DNA of 64,000 bases from the NCBI GenBank assembly GCA_965287045.1, contig OZ336889.1:45384001-45448000 (forward strand), read 5' to 3'. The position numbers were made by a program, and so were the translations under genes. Of this stretch, positions 37,401 through 51,459 are shown piece after piece; position 1 is the first letter of the stretch; every line of letters begins with the position of its first letter. Source of the DNA: Carcharhinus amblyrhynchos. Its lineage: Eukaryota. The notes under the pieces are model-generated. The model saw only the letters and a list, made by a program, of their open reading frames with translations. It was not told the DNA's origin and did not search any database.

Positions 37401-39420
37401 ACCTCGGTTAAACTATGTGCTGTGGAACCTCAGTCCCATGGGATTTGTCACGATTTATTCTCATTATTTTCACATCTACAACTTCTTCTCTTATACCGAT
37501 TTATTTAACTTCTTCGTTCTGGCTGAACCATTGATTTCTAATTATCTTTGGATTGATTCTCCTTCGTAATTCCTTATGATTTCGCCAACTTTTGCCGCTA
37601 ACCACACATTTATATCAATGGATAACTTCTTATCTCAATATGTTTAGTTACAAGCTGTATTTAGGACTCTTGCCAGTCAAATCTTTGCTCTGACCTCATG
37701 AATTTCTTGGTCCTCATTTGTTGAGCTCTGAAAACCCCAAAACTCCTATCTTACGACTCTTTTGAATATACTGTATATGGGAATGGGATTACAATAGGTA
37801 GGTCTGTGATGGTCGGTGCAGTCACGGTGGGCCAAAGGGCTTCTTTCTGTGCTGTTAAGTGTTATGACTTTGAGTATTTCACCTGACTGTATAACAGTGG
37901 TGAAATTTGTTTCCGGATAAAATTGCATCTTGTTTACTGAATTATCCTTACTAATCCCTGTGAAGTATTAGATTTGGCAAATTTTCTTCATCAATAAGAG
38001 TCACGAAAAATCGTATTGCATTTGATCTGAGGTCAGTTCATTTATTCATCAGCTTTATTTGGAGATCCTAACACTGATCCATAACTGAAACTGCAATGAG
38101 CATATTGCTTGGACTGATTTGATTTGCTGCATTTTAATTAATATTATCTGATGCATAATGGTAATTGATAAAGAGCCTTGCACTATTACGGCATCGCATT
38201 TCACCAGACTCTGTAACAGCGGTGGGTCTTTTTTCCAGAAAACTTTAATGTGTAAGTCAGCAGAGTAATAGAGCGAAGCCAGATACAAGGAGCTTATAGT
38301 GTAAGGTTTCACAGAGAGGTTTCTGAGATTTGATGAAAGAGTGTGTACGTTGAACCCTTAATGGGGTGGTAAGATTTTTGAACCAGTAGACATTAAAGCA
38401 CTGACGGAACCAGCAGCATTCAGTTAAATAACTGTTAAAATAAGTTTATCGGTTAACAAGAAGCAATTTATGCACATGAGATGCAGTACCGGATTCAACT
38501 GAATGATTATGATTATAAAACACATGTGCTGATATTTTGGATGTATTGTTACTGATTTTACGGAATATTGTTCATTTTAGTCAAACATCATTTTACCGCA
38601 AGGCATCATGATAAAAGTCATTGCCGCAAGCCAAATGTCGTGAGAATCTTAGGCCTCGAAAATATGCAAGTTCCATCAGTAAAGTTTTGTATGGAAGGAA
38701 CATATCGAACACCTAATCATATATCATGAGTAGGTTTATTCATTGTCCAGACGAGATAGACTGGTGTCCAGACGGGGTGTCGAGTTAGTTGGGGGTACAG
38801 TGAACTTTAAGGGAACCCGTGAGAGCGTTCATTTGAACACTGGGCTAAATGTCTTAGGTTACTTACGCAACCAGGATGCAGACTCAGTCCAGACAGAATT
38901 ACCTTCCAGATTTCTCGGACTAATTAAATACCATTATGCTGAGGGTTAGAATGTGGTTGGGTATCTGACGTGTATTACTGTTGATTTGTGCATCTGGAAA
39001 ATAATTGATTCAAAGTTACTGAAAGGCGCAAATGATTCATAAGTGAAAAAACTAAGATTGATTTGTTTTTGATTGCATATGTTAGATTCATCGGAGAGGT
39101 TTTGCTGCGCTAAGTCAGAGCTACTTAACTCTTTGACGAACTCCTGGAGACTTTTGCTTTAAATAAAGTTACGTCTTTAATACAGAGATACTGGCTTCGT
39201 GAGTCTTGCATGTTCTAAAGCTTGGGTAGTACCGGTCATCTCGGTAACCCCACCAACAGGGAGTACGAGCAATAGCTTAGATTCCACAGCTGAAAATAAA
39301 AGGTTTTCAATATAACATGTTACGGAAGGCGGAATAATACCGAAAAAGTATTAGATTTGACTGACCTTGAAAATAGCAATAAAGGATACGGTGAGTCGTA
39401 TTGCATTTGATCTTAATTAT

Positions 39421-39426
39421 TTTATT
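39421..39426 (-). terminator. polyadenylation signal AATAAA, cluster 2
   Basis: Position homologous to cluster 1. Confidence 0.65.
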
Positions 39427-39733
39427 GAACAGTTTTATCTAAATGTCTGAGAGTAAGTAGACTCTTAAATTGCAATAACCGAATTGTTGCAGTTTAATTA
39501 TGATTATCGGATACATAAATGTAAATTGATAAACAACGAGGATTCACTGAACACGGCAATGTTCCGATTGAAGACCCTTTTAAAAGAGCAACTGTTAAAA
39601 CCCGAAGCTCCAGCCGCGGTGGCCATTTTCTTCAATTTCTGAAGTACGATCAATTTCTACTCTTTTTGTCACATGAAAGAGATGAACCGAAATGAACAAA
39701 CATTCGCAGCTGGGCCGACAGCAGTTTCTGAAT

Positions 39734-40056
39734 TTACATACAGCTGGATCTGGAGACGGTTGTTTTAAGTGGGTTTGCTAGAACCTCGTGTTTGACCAGA
39801 CAGGAGTAAAGCTCGTGTGACTTCCAGTCTAAGGCTGACAGAGTCAGATAACTGCTCACACTGAACGTGTTGTCCGCCTCCTGCTGGACCCGACTGGTCT
39901 CAACCCCATTCCGCCTGACGATGCCATCTATAGTCCATTGAATCTCCGCAGCTCCCGGTTTAAAACCGCTCACCAAACACACCAGGGTCGCCGTGTTCTT
40001 CGCGGTGATTTGATCCGATGAAGGTGGGAGGAGGGAGACAGATGGTTTCTGCGGAC
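39734..40056 (-). CDS. IGLC: IgL cluster 2 constant exon
   Basis: Intact C1-set frame ending SRSSCM*; acceptor AG at 40058-40057. Confidence 0.95.
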
Positions 40057-41820
40057 CTGTTTTAAAAATAAAATAGGTTGAGTAGTGTTGGAGAATTGAT
40101 TTGGTTGACGCATTATGATTTTCCAAAAAAAATCTAAATCCTGTCATTCATTAAATACAATAAATAGATCCCTTTACTTTGTGTGTTCATCCGAGGAACG
40201 GTGAAGGAGGGAGATCGATGGGACATTTGGATCTAAAAAGCGAAGTTCACTTTTAATGACTGACTGGGGTTGAACTGGAGTTGACTCTGTTCAATTTTAT
40301 AGACAACAATTCAATACATGCGCATTATATTTCGCAATGTGTCTCAGAATACCATTAATGACATCTTGGCTCATAATACATTGTTGAAAATAACCCTGTT
40401 ATTTTTAGCTGCCGTGTTTCCACATTGAGAATCTGCGTTGCCAGTTAAAATAAGAAATAGTATTAGAAAAGCTGAACATAGATTAAATTTGCTCCATTGT
40501 GTTCCGATGGGAAGAAATGTTGATCAGTTTTACCTTCATGTTTTTACTGATGAAATTTGATGTTATAATCCTGAGCAGTGTAGTTACAGTTTCTCTGGCA
40601 GTTTCTCCCTGCGAGGTTCTCCCCTCTCGGCTCAGACGGTTTCAACTCCACACGGGAAGCTGACCGCGCTATCTGGACAGCAGTCCAGCGACGGGAAAGT
40701 GGCTCAGGCCGTAGTTACAGCTTTTGGATTAGAATTAAACCAAGATCCTCGATTGTTGGACCTAACTCACTACGTGTTACAGTTTTGGAGGAAGTGCCGT
40801 CAGGCTATCGTCATTGTGCGAAATCAGATTAACCAGTGATCGGTCTCACTACCGTCTACGGGGAAAAAGTGGCCGCGGAGATCATTTTGCGGATCTCATT
40901 CACAAAAATATTACGGCAAACACTCTGATATGTTTCGGATACAAGCCACGAAATAAACGCAACTACTTGTTAGTATGGGCTGTGTCCTTAAATGTGCGTC
41001 TTTTGTTTGAGAGGACGATGGAAGTCTTGACTTTGTGCAGCAGTGTAACAATGATGATCTCTGGACAGATAGGTTTACATTGAGGTTGACAGAAGTAGGA
41101 GTCGGGGAAATGTAAAATCTTTCATCGACCCAGCATCCACCGTGTTACACTTTGGGCCGAGTTGCAATCCGCTCTCATACTGCTGGTATGGAGGCGCGAT
41201 ATTGATGCAACTTTCTGAGCGAGATTTAGAGATAAGAGACAATCTTACGACTTCGACTGCATAATTAGTGGAAGAAGTCAGTGTTAAATATGATGAACAG
41301 CATTACTATAGTGGAATTGTTACACTGGGTCACATTCTGTCTTCTCTGATTACGGGTCTCTGCCTCGAGATAAGCAACAAACTCAGATCAGATTTCAATG
41401 GCAGGAGTGATTGGAGATTCCTGTGGGGCGCATGCTCAATACACAGGACAATCTGGCAATGTGAACGTTGGAGCACAAGGATGAAATTTAATAATGTAAC
41501 ATGTTCACACGATGTTAGTTTTAAAAAGACTCTGCGCTGTCGTGAAACTTGGTCATGTTTCATTCATTGCAGAGAAAACTAGGCAGTGATTCGCTATTTT
41601 ACTTGCAACCCAGCATAAGCTTCAGCGGAGAATTGCACAGGCCTAATTTACGGTGGCCATGTGAATTCAAAGCTTTGTAATTAAACAATGTCCGATAGAA
41701 AGTGTTTCCTCATGAGCGGCCAATCATCCTGCACTGTCTGTTCAAATCAACATTCCGGATTGAACCGCAGTTCAAATCAAATCCGGGATATTCAATGTAG
41801 CAATAGTTCCATCTGAAAAT

Positions 41821-42086
41821 GGGCGGCACCATGGCACAGTGGTTTGCATGACTGCTTCACAGCGTCAAGCAACCGGGTTCGATTCCCGCCTCGGGTCACT
41901 GCCTGTGAGGAGTTTGCATGTTTTTCCTTGTGTCTACATGGGTTTTCTCTGGGTGCTCCGGTTTCCTTCCACTCGGAAAGGCTTGCTGGTTCGGTGCATT
42001 AACCCCAACAGGCGCTAAAGTGTGGCGACGTGGGGAATTTCAAGTCACTTCATTGCAGTGTAAACTTGTGACTAATTAATAAACTT
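41821..42086 (+). mobile_element. HE1-like V-SINE in the cluster 2 J-C intron
   Basis: Paralog of 20184-20452. Confidence 0.85.
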
Positions 42087-42679
42087 GAAAAGTTAGCAGG
42101 AGATCCTAATGCAGAGCGTTAGTTAGTTTGATTTACCGTCCATTTTTTGCCTTCCTGTTTCTCTTGCGATATTTGATGGGCTATTTATAAGGCGCTGTTT
42201 CTACGCGAGGTCCATCAGTTCAAGTAACTGGCGCAAGTGCTCATTATTTACTTGTGTCAACAGGCACTGTGATTTGGTAAAGTCTTTAAGGAACGGGATT
42301 TTAAACCGTTGAGACCTTTATTGGCATTACCGGGGTCTACATGTTGCCTTTCTCTGCAAGGTCATTTGATGGCACATGAGGATTAAAGCGCTTTGTTCGT
42401 TCCGCTGATCTGATGATTCAGGAATTTTGCGGCTTGTTGTTATTCTGCCTGAACTAAAACAACTCAAAGCAGACTGACAGATAGATCAAAAAGCATTATC
42501 GAATTGGAGGGCGACAAATATTAACGTTATTCGCAGGGTCAGCTTGTATAGGTTAAATTGAATTCATGGCTGTGTTGTTAAAAGAACATTTCAAAATATT
42601 CCAAATAAAAAACCAGGGAATGTTTTGTTTTGAACTGGACGCGAGTTTTGAACAATGGAACAGAAGGGAATTTACTCAC

Positions 42680-43027
42680 TGCCAACGCCCAGCTTGGTTC
42701 CGCCTCCGAAGTAGTACATGCTGCTTTTCCATATAGCACAGAAATACTCTGCGGTGTCCTCCGATTCAACTTGACCGATACTTAAAGTTCCCGTGTTACC
42801 GGATACCGAACCTGAAAATCGGTCTGGAACTCCCGGGGCTCTGTAAGTGCTGCTTCCAGCCCAGTGATAAAGCAGGTACCGGGGGGCATTTTCAGATTTC
42901 TGCTGGTACCAATATATGTTGCTGCTTCCTAAACTGGCGCCAGACAAGGTGCAACTTATTTGGACGGTTCCTCCAAGAGAAGTAGATTTCGAAGGCGGTT
43001 GACTGACTGTAATCGCCGCGTTAGAAA
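42680..43027 (-). CDS. IGLV: IgL cluster 2 germline-joined VJ exon
   Basis: Open V-set frame joined to J (YFCAIWKSSMYYFGGGTKL); splice sites intact. Confidence 0.95.
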
Positions 43028-43162
43028 CTGAAAGAAAAGAGATTCCAAATATTAATGTTAAGCTACTCAAATTAATTACAGAAAAAAGACGACTTTAGAA
43101 AAATCACCGAAGTAGTCCTAGGAAACGCGCATTTACATCGACCGGACGTTTTAAATACTCAC

Positions 43163-43211
43163 ATGCCAGGCCAAAAATGAACACAATGATCGCATGGACC
43201 CAGTCAGTCAT
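43163..43211 (-). CDS. IgL cluster 2 leader exon, MTDWVHAIIVFIFGLA + 1 nt
   Basis: Same sequence as the cluster 1 leader; GTGAGT donor at 43162. Confidence 0.92.
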
Positions 43212-43286
43212 TGTGAAAAGTCTGCCGAGGTACTGAGTTCTGCCAGTTATTTGACAAGATGGGCTAACTGTCTGAATCTCTCTCTC

Positions 43287-43368
43287 TTTTAATAACCCGT
43301 GTCACCAAGAAGGTGTTCCCTTGGGTTGGAATGCAAATTCGTCTTTTCATCTCAACCAATCAGATTGG
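43287..43368 (-). promoter_or_regulatory. IgL cluster 2 promoter: octamer 43331-43338, TATA-like element, CCAAT pair 43356-43368
   Basis: Same motifs and spacing as cluster 1. Confidence 0.8.
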
Positions 43369-44819
43369 CTCCTAAAACCTGTGACGGTGACTGTAATCTC
43401 CCGATTTCTGGCCATTGTTATTGCTGTTAACTTTTCTGTCTCAGAGCTGAAACTTTATTTACTTTCAATGATTAAAGTTGACTAAAACTTCAAAGCATTT
43501 CTCAAGTTTGTTTCATGAAAGGACATCGATCTGAAACGTAAACTCTTTCCTTCTCCACAAATGTGGAGATGCCGCTGTTGGATTGGGGTGGGCACAGTAA
43601 GAAGTCTCACAACACCAGGTTAAAGTCAAACAGGTTTATTTGGTATCACCAGCTTTCGGAGCGCTGCTCCTTCATCAGGTGAGCCGCTCTTCTTCACAGA
43701 GGCTGTGTTGAGTATTTTTCACATTTTCTTGCTCCTGTTCTGGTCTTTGAATTTGTTGAACTGAACCTTCCAATGTCTTGAAAAGCTTACCATTATCATG
43801 GTTACTTCCGAATGTATTCCTGTAAATAGCGGGTCAAATGCAATCTATAAATATTGGTGATCAGTGACATTGCAGTTTAGAACAAGTACAACGAATCAGG
43901 TAGGCAAATGACAAGATTTATCTTCCTGTAAGTGGATTGGAGTGCAGGAATAACACAATTTTGCTGTAGTTGTGTCAAACCTGGGAACGGTAGAGAAATC
44001 ATAGAATCCCTAAATGCAGAGGAGGCCATTTCATCCATCGAAACTACGCTGACAATTCCAACCAGGCCCAGTTACCCTGCTAGTCCCGCTGATGCTGAGG
44101 GATAATTTTGCGTGACCGATTGAGTTAAGCTGCACATTTTTCTACTTTGAAGGAACAGCAAGCGAAAGCACAAGTAGACGCAGGGAGAATGTGAAAACGT
44201 CATACTTATGGTGACCCCAGTCCGCAATTGATCCTGAGTCTCTAGCACTTTAAGGCAGCAGTGCTAACTACAATGCCACAGTGCACACCTGAGATAAACA
44301 ATTTGCTTGCACGCTTAGGAAGGATATAATTTCATTAATTCCTCGGACACGGTGTTGCTATACGATGAGAGTCTGAGTCAGTTCGGTCACCACTCTTTGA
44401 ATTTTTAATGAGTTAAAGATTAGTTCATTTTATCATCAAATGCTCGTTGAAAAACCGTTAGTGCTGCAAAATGACAGGAACATAGTGTTAATTTGCGATG
44501 TTTTGAAATATTTAACGTTTTGCAACTTCATTAATTAACTTTATCGATATGTTACAATGACTACAGCTACTGTAGAACAGGCACAACAGAGTTGAATTAA
44601 GCGCAGACATTGTAGTGAAAATACAATTCCAAATTTTCACTGAATAACAAAGATAAATAACACAGCTGTAGGGAACACAAACACCGTGAAAAGTAAACAT
44701 AAGTTTTGCTAAAGATTAAAAGCACAACTTAAAAGAAGAAAATACAGAAACATCATTCTCCCACCCTACAGCTGTGAGTTTTTGCAGTGGAGATGTCGAG
44801 AGAGTCAAGGTATCAGTGA

Positions 44820-45396
44820 AACATAGAAACTAGAAGCAGGAGTAGGGAATTGCGCCCTTCGAGTTTGTTCCTCCATTCATTTTGACCATGGCTGATCATC
44901 CAATTCAATATCCTGTTGAATCCTGAATGGATCTCCCTTCCCCCATATCCCTGGATGCCTTCAGCCCCAAAAGCTATATCTAATATTTTAATAAAATCCG
45001 AGAACGTTTTGGCCTCAACTACATTCTGTGGTAGTGAATTCCACGCATTCACCACTCTGGGTGAAGAAATTTCTCCTCACCTCAGTTCTAAACGGTTTAC
45101 CCCTTATCCTCAAACTATGACCCCCTCGTTCTGGACTCCGAAACCATCGGGAACATTCATTCTGAATCTACCCTGCCTAACCCTGCTAGAATTTCGGAAG
45201 TTTTTATGAGATCTCCTCTCATTCTTCTAAACTCCAGTGAATATAATCCTCACCGACGTAGTCTGTCCTCGTACGACAGACTCCTTCCCAGGAATCATCC
45301 TGCTAAACCATCGCTTTACCCCTCTATAACAAGGACGTCCTTCGTCAGATAGGGACACCAAAACAGCACACAATACTCCATGTGTACTCTCACCGT
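44820..45396 (-). mobile_element. CR1 LINE 3' fragment (unit 2 paralog)
   Basis: Paralog of 23185-23765. Confidence 0.88.
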
Positions 45397-46064
45397 CGCC
45401 GTTGTAGGGAAATTGAAGTTTAATTCTCAGTTTTAGATTAGTGTGCACACAATCGAAGTGTGTCAACCCAACCTGGTGTTTTGCTGAATTCTGGGACACA
45501 AACGCATCACATGACTTGATCTTGGCATCACAGTCAAACTGGATATGGAATAAAGGACACACGATCTTAAGGCAGTAAAGTAAAACGTCAAGGTTGAACA
45601 ATTATCTGTATGGAACTATCCACCTCCCCAGCAATTGAAATTATCAGCTCCATTCCTTAAATTCAAAGTCCTGCTGTCCAGGAAAAAGCAAATACTAAAT
45701 CTTTCAGCCATATTTATTGAATCAGTCTCGTTTAACTTCTGATGTTTAAGGGAAATCATTTTATTTCACACCATGCAACATCTTTGACATTGTAAGTTTA
45801 GAATTATGGGCTATAATTAGCATTTGTAACTTTGTAGTTCTTTCAAATTTTAATATCTGTTAGTTGAATGTATTGTGTTATATTTAACACGTCTAATCTC
45901 GTTCAAACATTAATATGTATTTTACAAAGAGTTGTGTGTAATTGCTGTAACTTAATATGTTTGGAAATTATTGAACAAACTTAATATACTTATACCAAGA
46001 GCTGAAAGGTACAACAGATGCATAATATTGAGAGTTCAATGTAATATCTGACCATGACAGCATT

Positions 46065-46430
46065 ACCTGGAATGACAGGATGGTTACTGGGTGATAAGGG
46101 ATACCGACTGAGGACACGGCTTATGATAAAATTCCACAAGACGAACGTGAAGCACCGGATAGTTACAACCGTGCTCAGATAGCATCTCGTCAGGTGATGG
46201 TCAGGGTAATTGGCTTACTGAAGTGACGTTGGCTGGACAGGTCAGGTGGCATGTTACAGTATGCACCAGGAAACGTGACAAAGGTTTTTCTCGCGTGTTC
46301 TCGATTGCTAAACTTTGCCCTCCAGCATAGAGCGGGCATTCACCGCGAAGATGATTTGCCTACGGAAATGGGGAAGCTGGACGAGGTCAACATGGAGCCT
46401 GATGGAGAGGCCGAGCTCCAGGTGACACAA
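46065..46430 (+). mobile_element. PIF/Harbinger transposase remnant (unit 2 paralog)
   Basis: Paralog of 24430-24800. Confidence 0.8.
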
Positions 46431-47452
46431 TGGCAGTTTTAAATCGCCTGGCAGCTGCTGCTTTTGGACAATGAGCTGTTAAAATGATTAATTCGTATGT
46501 CCAAACACGCCCCTTGCAAAACTTGCATCCATTCCTTCCTTCCAGCCCTCCATCCCCCTTACCTCCTTGTCTACAAAAAGATTAGAAGTGTTTTCTTAAA
46601 GTAGAAAACAGATTGCATTTTTTATGCTTCTAAAGTTATGAAATATATTTTATTGAAAAATGTTTGACAAGTTCAGATAGTTATTTCAGATAAATGTGAA
46701 CATGATTAAACTTTTACAGTGATAAAATTATTTTTGTCATTTGGTTAATAATCTTCTTTCATTAAACTTAACAAAATGATTAAAATGATTTATTCAAACG
46801 TCAAACGTCAAAATGCAACATTCGAATGTTAGAATAATGGAATACTTTAAATAAACAATGCAGAAATATTAATCTTAAACAAATCGGAATAAACAATGAA
46901 AAATGGAACATGCCTCAGAACAAAGAACAAAAGAACAAAATCAGCCTGGGAAACAGGCCCTTCGGCCCAACGAGCCCACGCTGCCATCTCAACACCACCT
47001 CTCTGTCCATGACCCCTATCTAATGTTTTATGGCCATCCAGATTGAGGGAAAACTGATTTGGGGACAATTTATTCCTGCCAATCAGCCTAACAGCACATC
47101 TTTGGGGTGTGGGAGGAAACCGGAGCACCCGGAGAAAACCCACGCAAGCACGGGGAGAATGCGCAAACTCCCACAGACACTGGCCCAAATCCATGTGTCT
47201 GCACAGCAAACAGAGATAGTCACTGAGCTGTCGTCTTGCCCAGTATCTTGTCCAGTTTAGGCACACACTAACGACATGAAGCACTGGGCCAATCTCGAAC
47301 AACCAAAAGCAGCCCCAGTACGACCCATCGCGTGTATGCCCTCGTTGGACACGAGGTGGGCCGACTTAAAACCTGTGAATGAAAAGAGAAAAACATTATT
47401 ATCATACTATACCCATTTACATTTCTAGGGACACCTCAATGCTAATAACCCT

Positions 47453-48137
47453 TATTTAAAGGTTCTCCTATATCCACCCATCTCCAACTCAGTCATGTGC
47501 CTGTCTAAGTTACTCTTAAAGGACTCTAGCGTGTTTGCCTCCACCACCTTACTTGGCAGAGCATTCCATGCCCTCACTACCATCTGTGTGAAAAACCTCC
47601 CTCTAATATCTGTGTTGTACCGCTCCCCCCTCACCTTAAGTCCATGGCCCCTTGTCCTACGTGACTCTATTATAGGAAATAGCTTACCTCTGTTTACTCT
47701 ATCTATACCCTTCATAATCTTATATACCTCTATTAGATCCCCCCTCAGTCGGCGTCTTTCAAGAGAAAAGAGCCCCAATTTCTTCAATCTTTCCTCATAC
47801 CCCAGTCCTTCCATACCAGGCAACATCCTGGTAAACCTCCTCTGCACTCTCTCCACAGTCTCCACGTCCTTCTGGTAGTAAGGCGACCGGAACTGTACGC
47901 AGTACTCCAAATGCGGCCTAACCAACGTTCTGTCAACTGCAACATTACACTCCAGCTCTTATATTCTATACCCCTTCCTATAAAGGCTAACATACCATAG
48001 GCTTTCTTCACCACACTCTCCACTTGCACTGCCACTTTCAAAGACTTGTGCACTTGCACCCCGAGGTCTCGCTGCGACTCTATACTCCTTACAGGCTTAC
48101 CCTTTATCATATAATTTCCCCCTACATTATTCCGGCC
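47453..48137 (-). mobile_element. CR1 LINE ORF2 3' fragment (unit 2 paralog)
   Basis: Paralog of 25815-26500. Confidence 0.92.
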
Positions 48138-51100
48138 AGGAGACTTGTTAAGGTAGAGGTAGGAGTGTTGGAGGGAGAGGAAACGCAGCGCCACCGGGGC
48201 CCCGCCCCGTCCATTGACGTCTTTTTCTGCATCCCTGCTGGAAGTGAATCTTGCCCACAGGCAAATGTATCTGAACGGGGTGGCTACTGGCCTGGGTTGG
48301 ATTGTTGTTGTTGCTGTCTGGATGGGTGAAATGGCTCCATTCTACACTATAGAGGTTCTGTGGACGGAATTGTGTGGCTGTGCTCTACTCAAAACTGAAA
48401 AATACTGCCAGAGGTGAACAGGTCTTTCCATTGCTCACTCCTCAACCACGAGGAATCTTGTGGCAGCGGGAAAGGGAAAATTCACCCCTATGATCCCATG
48501 ACTAAATAGTACTTTCACCAACTTGAAACCAATAAAACATTTGTTCAACTTTACATATTAACTGATATTCATATTCAATAATTGAAATAAATTTAACGAA
48601 ATACGGGTTGAGTGAGCAATCTGTATGAACGATATAAAAGAAATAGCAATAAAAATGAAATGCAAATACGAACTTTTCTCAGAGCAGGGAGCCCTTTTCT
48701 AAGCAAAACTGCCTTTTGGAACCTGTATCTCAAAGGGCATTACTAGGCTGGCCGCAACATAAGGAAGTGTGGTTCAGGGGTGTCTTGCAACACCATGGGC
48801 CTGGTCAGGTGACTTTGTTGCGTGTTCGAGCCTGCTGCATACATTGGTAGTATCGGCGCAGTTGGTCAGGAGACCTAACTGTGCAATTTGTTTCTATTTT
48901 GCCTGACCCTACATTGGCCATTGGAATTTATGGGACAAGGAAATTTTGGGCCCTTACTTGGTTTGAAAAATTTACCTGAACTTCCAATCAGAGCAGCATC
49001 CTCCCGCCTCAAAACCATCTCCTCAAGAACCAGCGCAACACAGGAGAATCCTCACCAGGCCCCCTAATGATGAGGGCAGACTTGGAACGCCCATTAAGGC
49101 CCAGTTTGTAATTTGCAATTTTACATTGAAAACGGAAGGATTTCCGTGCTGTTATAAAAGTATGTTTTTTGGAGGGGTTTATGACCATTTGAGACTAAAT
49201 CGATTAAGATAACCTAATTTAGAATGTATGTTGTGCAGAAAAGGTACAAAGTACCTGGAGTCACAAAGGTACAGTTTGCATAGAAAAACATATAACCACT
49301 GTTAGAGATTATGAACATGCATTTGTGGATATTCTGTACACCTTGGCCAACAACAGAGTTGAGTAAAAAGAACCACATTCATTGAAAATATTACAGCCAC
49401 GAAGTGAAATCGAAAATGACTCTCTAATCAGCGTGGGTCTCAGATAGCTCGGGCAATCCCAGACAGCCAAATGAATGGAATAATACAACTTTCCCATAAA
49501 AGATTTCCTTAGTAGACAGTGGGAAAGGAACTTTTGAACTCTGTGGACTTATGTATGTAGGGCTGTTAGGAGACAGTGGGCAAGGGCGCCCAGGCTGTAT
49601 GGATCTATGTATTTTTATGCTATATGAGGGTTAAATGATACTGGCCGAATAATTCATACTAACATGATTGGCTCATCCGGTTCGGATGAACAGAGTAGGC
49701 AGGTAGATGATTTCTGAAAAATGTATAATTGTAATCCTGCTAACAATGTAAATAAGAATAATTTGGGCTTCCACAAATCATTCTCCTACCCATGTTGACC
49801 ACGCCTGGACAATAAAGAATGTCGTCAACCACAATAAGTGTCTCCGTGAGTCTTCATATTTGCTGAGCTGTAATTAATAAAGAGAAACCTCTCAAGTAAA
49901 AGCTAGCATAATAAATTGCTCTCTGAAAATGTTGAAGCATTTTTAATGTTTAATTATTTTACGTACTTGATGCTGTTGTTCAGAATTAATATTTTAATGT
50001 TTGAAAGTGAGCATTATTTAATGTAGAAACAGGTTGGATTAGTTTTCCTAAATTTGTGAAGGTACTATTTAAATCAGCATTATATTAACATGTAACTTTA
50101 TGTATGGTCCGCATTCAAATGTTCATATGTTTTACTTTATAATGTGCTAAGTCTGAGAAACAATTTCATTCTGCATTATGTTATTGTAAAAGCTGTATAA
50201 GTGTTCCTGTGTTTTAATTTAGAACATTGAAACTGTACATTTCATTGGGAAACTGAGATATCAGAGCTTCTCAGACTATGATTTGCATAAGATTGAGCAA
50301 AACGGACTTCACATTTTGGGCCTTGGAAAATCTAAATGTGTTCATCATTGGTATTCTTCTACCTTGCCCAATTGACTTTTAATTCTCATATTTAATTGTC
50401 CGGAGTGTTTTTACAAAGCGTTTGCGTCAAACCAAATTTAAATGCTTTGTTTCGTTCAATAAAATATGAGTAGAATTTCATGGTTTAATAGAACACATTT
50501 ATCAACAGAAGTAATATCATAGGTAGAAAACATTGCTATCACATTAATGTTGAACTGAAGATTTGACTTCAGTCGCTGCACTGACATGTTTGTTGACTCA
50601 TCTTATCAGGTTTCTTATAAAATTTATGTTTCTATAACAACCGTTAGTGAAATATTTCCTGCGTTCACACAACAGTCTGTTGTCTCTAAACAAGGAGGTG
50701 AGCAAGGGAAATGAACAGCGGTGGGGAGAGGAAGGAGAGGGAGTGTGAGGGGAGGGGAAGGGGAGGGGATATGGGGAGAGGTGACATTGGGAGGGTTAAA
50801 AGAGAGAGGATAAAAAGGAGTGGTAAAGATGGGGAGGAGGAAATAAGGAGGGGCAAATGGGGAGGGGGCACACGGGAATGGTAAAACGGTAGGGGGAATG
50901 GTGAGGGTGAAATGAAGAGGTGAATGTGGGGAGGGGAAAATTGGGGAAGAGGAAAACAGAAGGGGGAAAGGGAGGAGGGCAAAAGGTGGATGGAGAAAAC
51001 TGGAGTGAGAAAATGGTGAGCAGGAGAAGGAGGGAGCGGGAAAAGTGGGGAGTGGGATAAGGGAAAAAGACAGAAGAGGCTTTGGATGTTATAAATAGAC

Positions 51101-51459
51101 TCACTCTTCCACGCCTGCATCAAAGGCTCAAAAAGAACTTTAGTTAAGAATAAAGCAAAACGCACAACTTTCCAGCGGTGGTGTAACATGCCCCCAGATT
51201 TTCAATCCGCACTGTATTCTGTAACATTAAATTAGGGAAACTCTTAGAATAGAGTTAGACAATGCTTCAAATATGTTGGAACATCCAAATCCTGAAATTT
51301 ATACCAGACACTAACATCGACCGAGTTATACAGGAACCTGCTTTTCACTAGAATTATTGTCATGACAAAATGGTAAAAACATTTTTTAAAATCTTTCTCT
51401 TCCTTTCCTTGTATTCCAAATATGTTAAACATCTTTTTAAAATATTTTACAAAAAAAAT

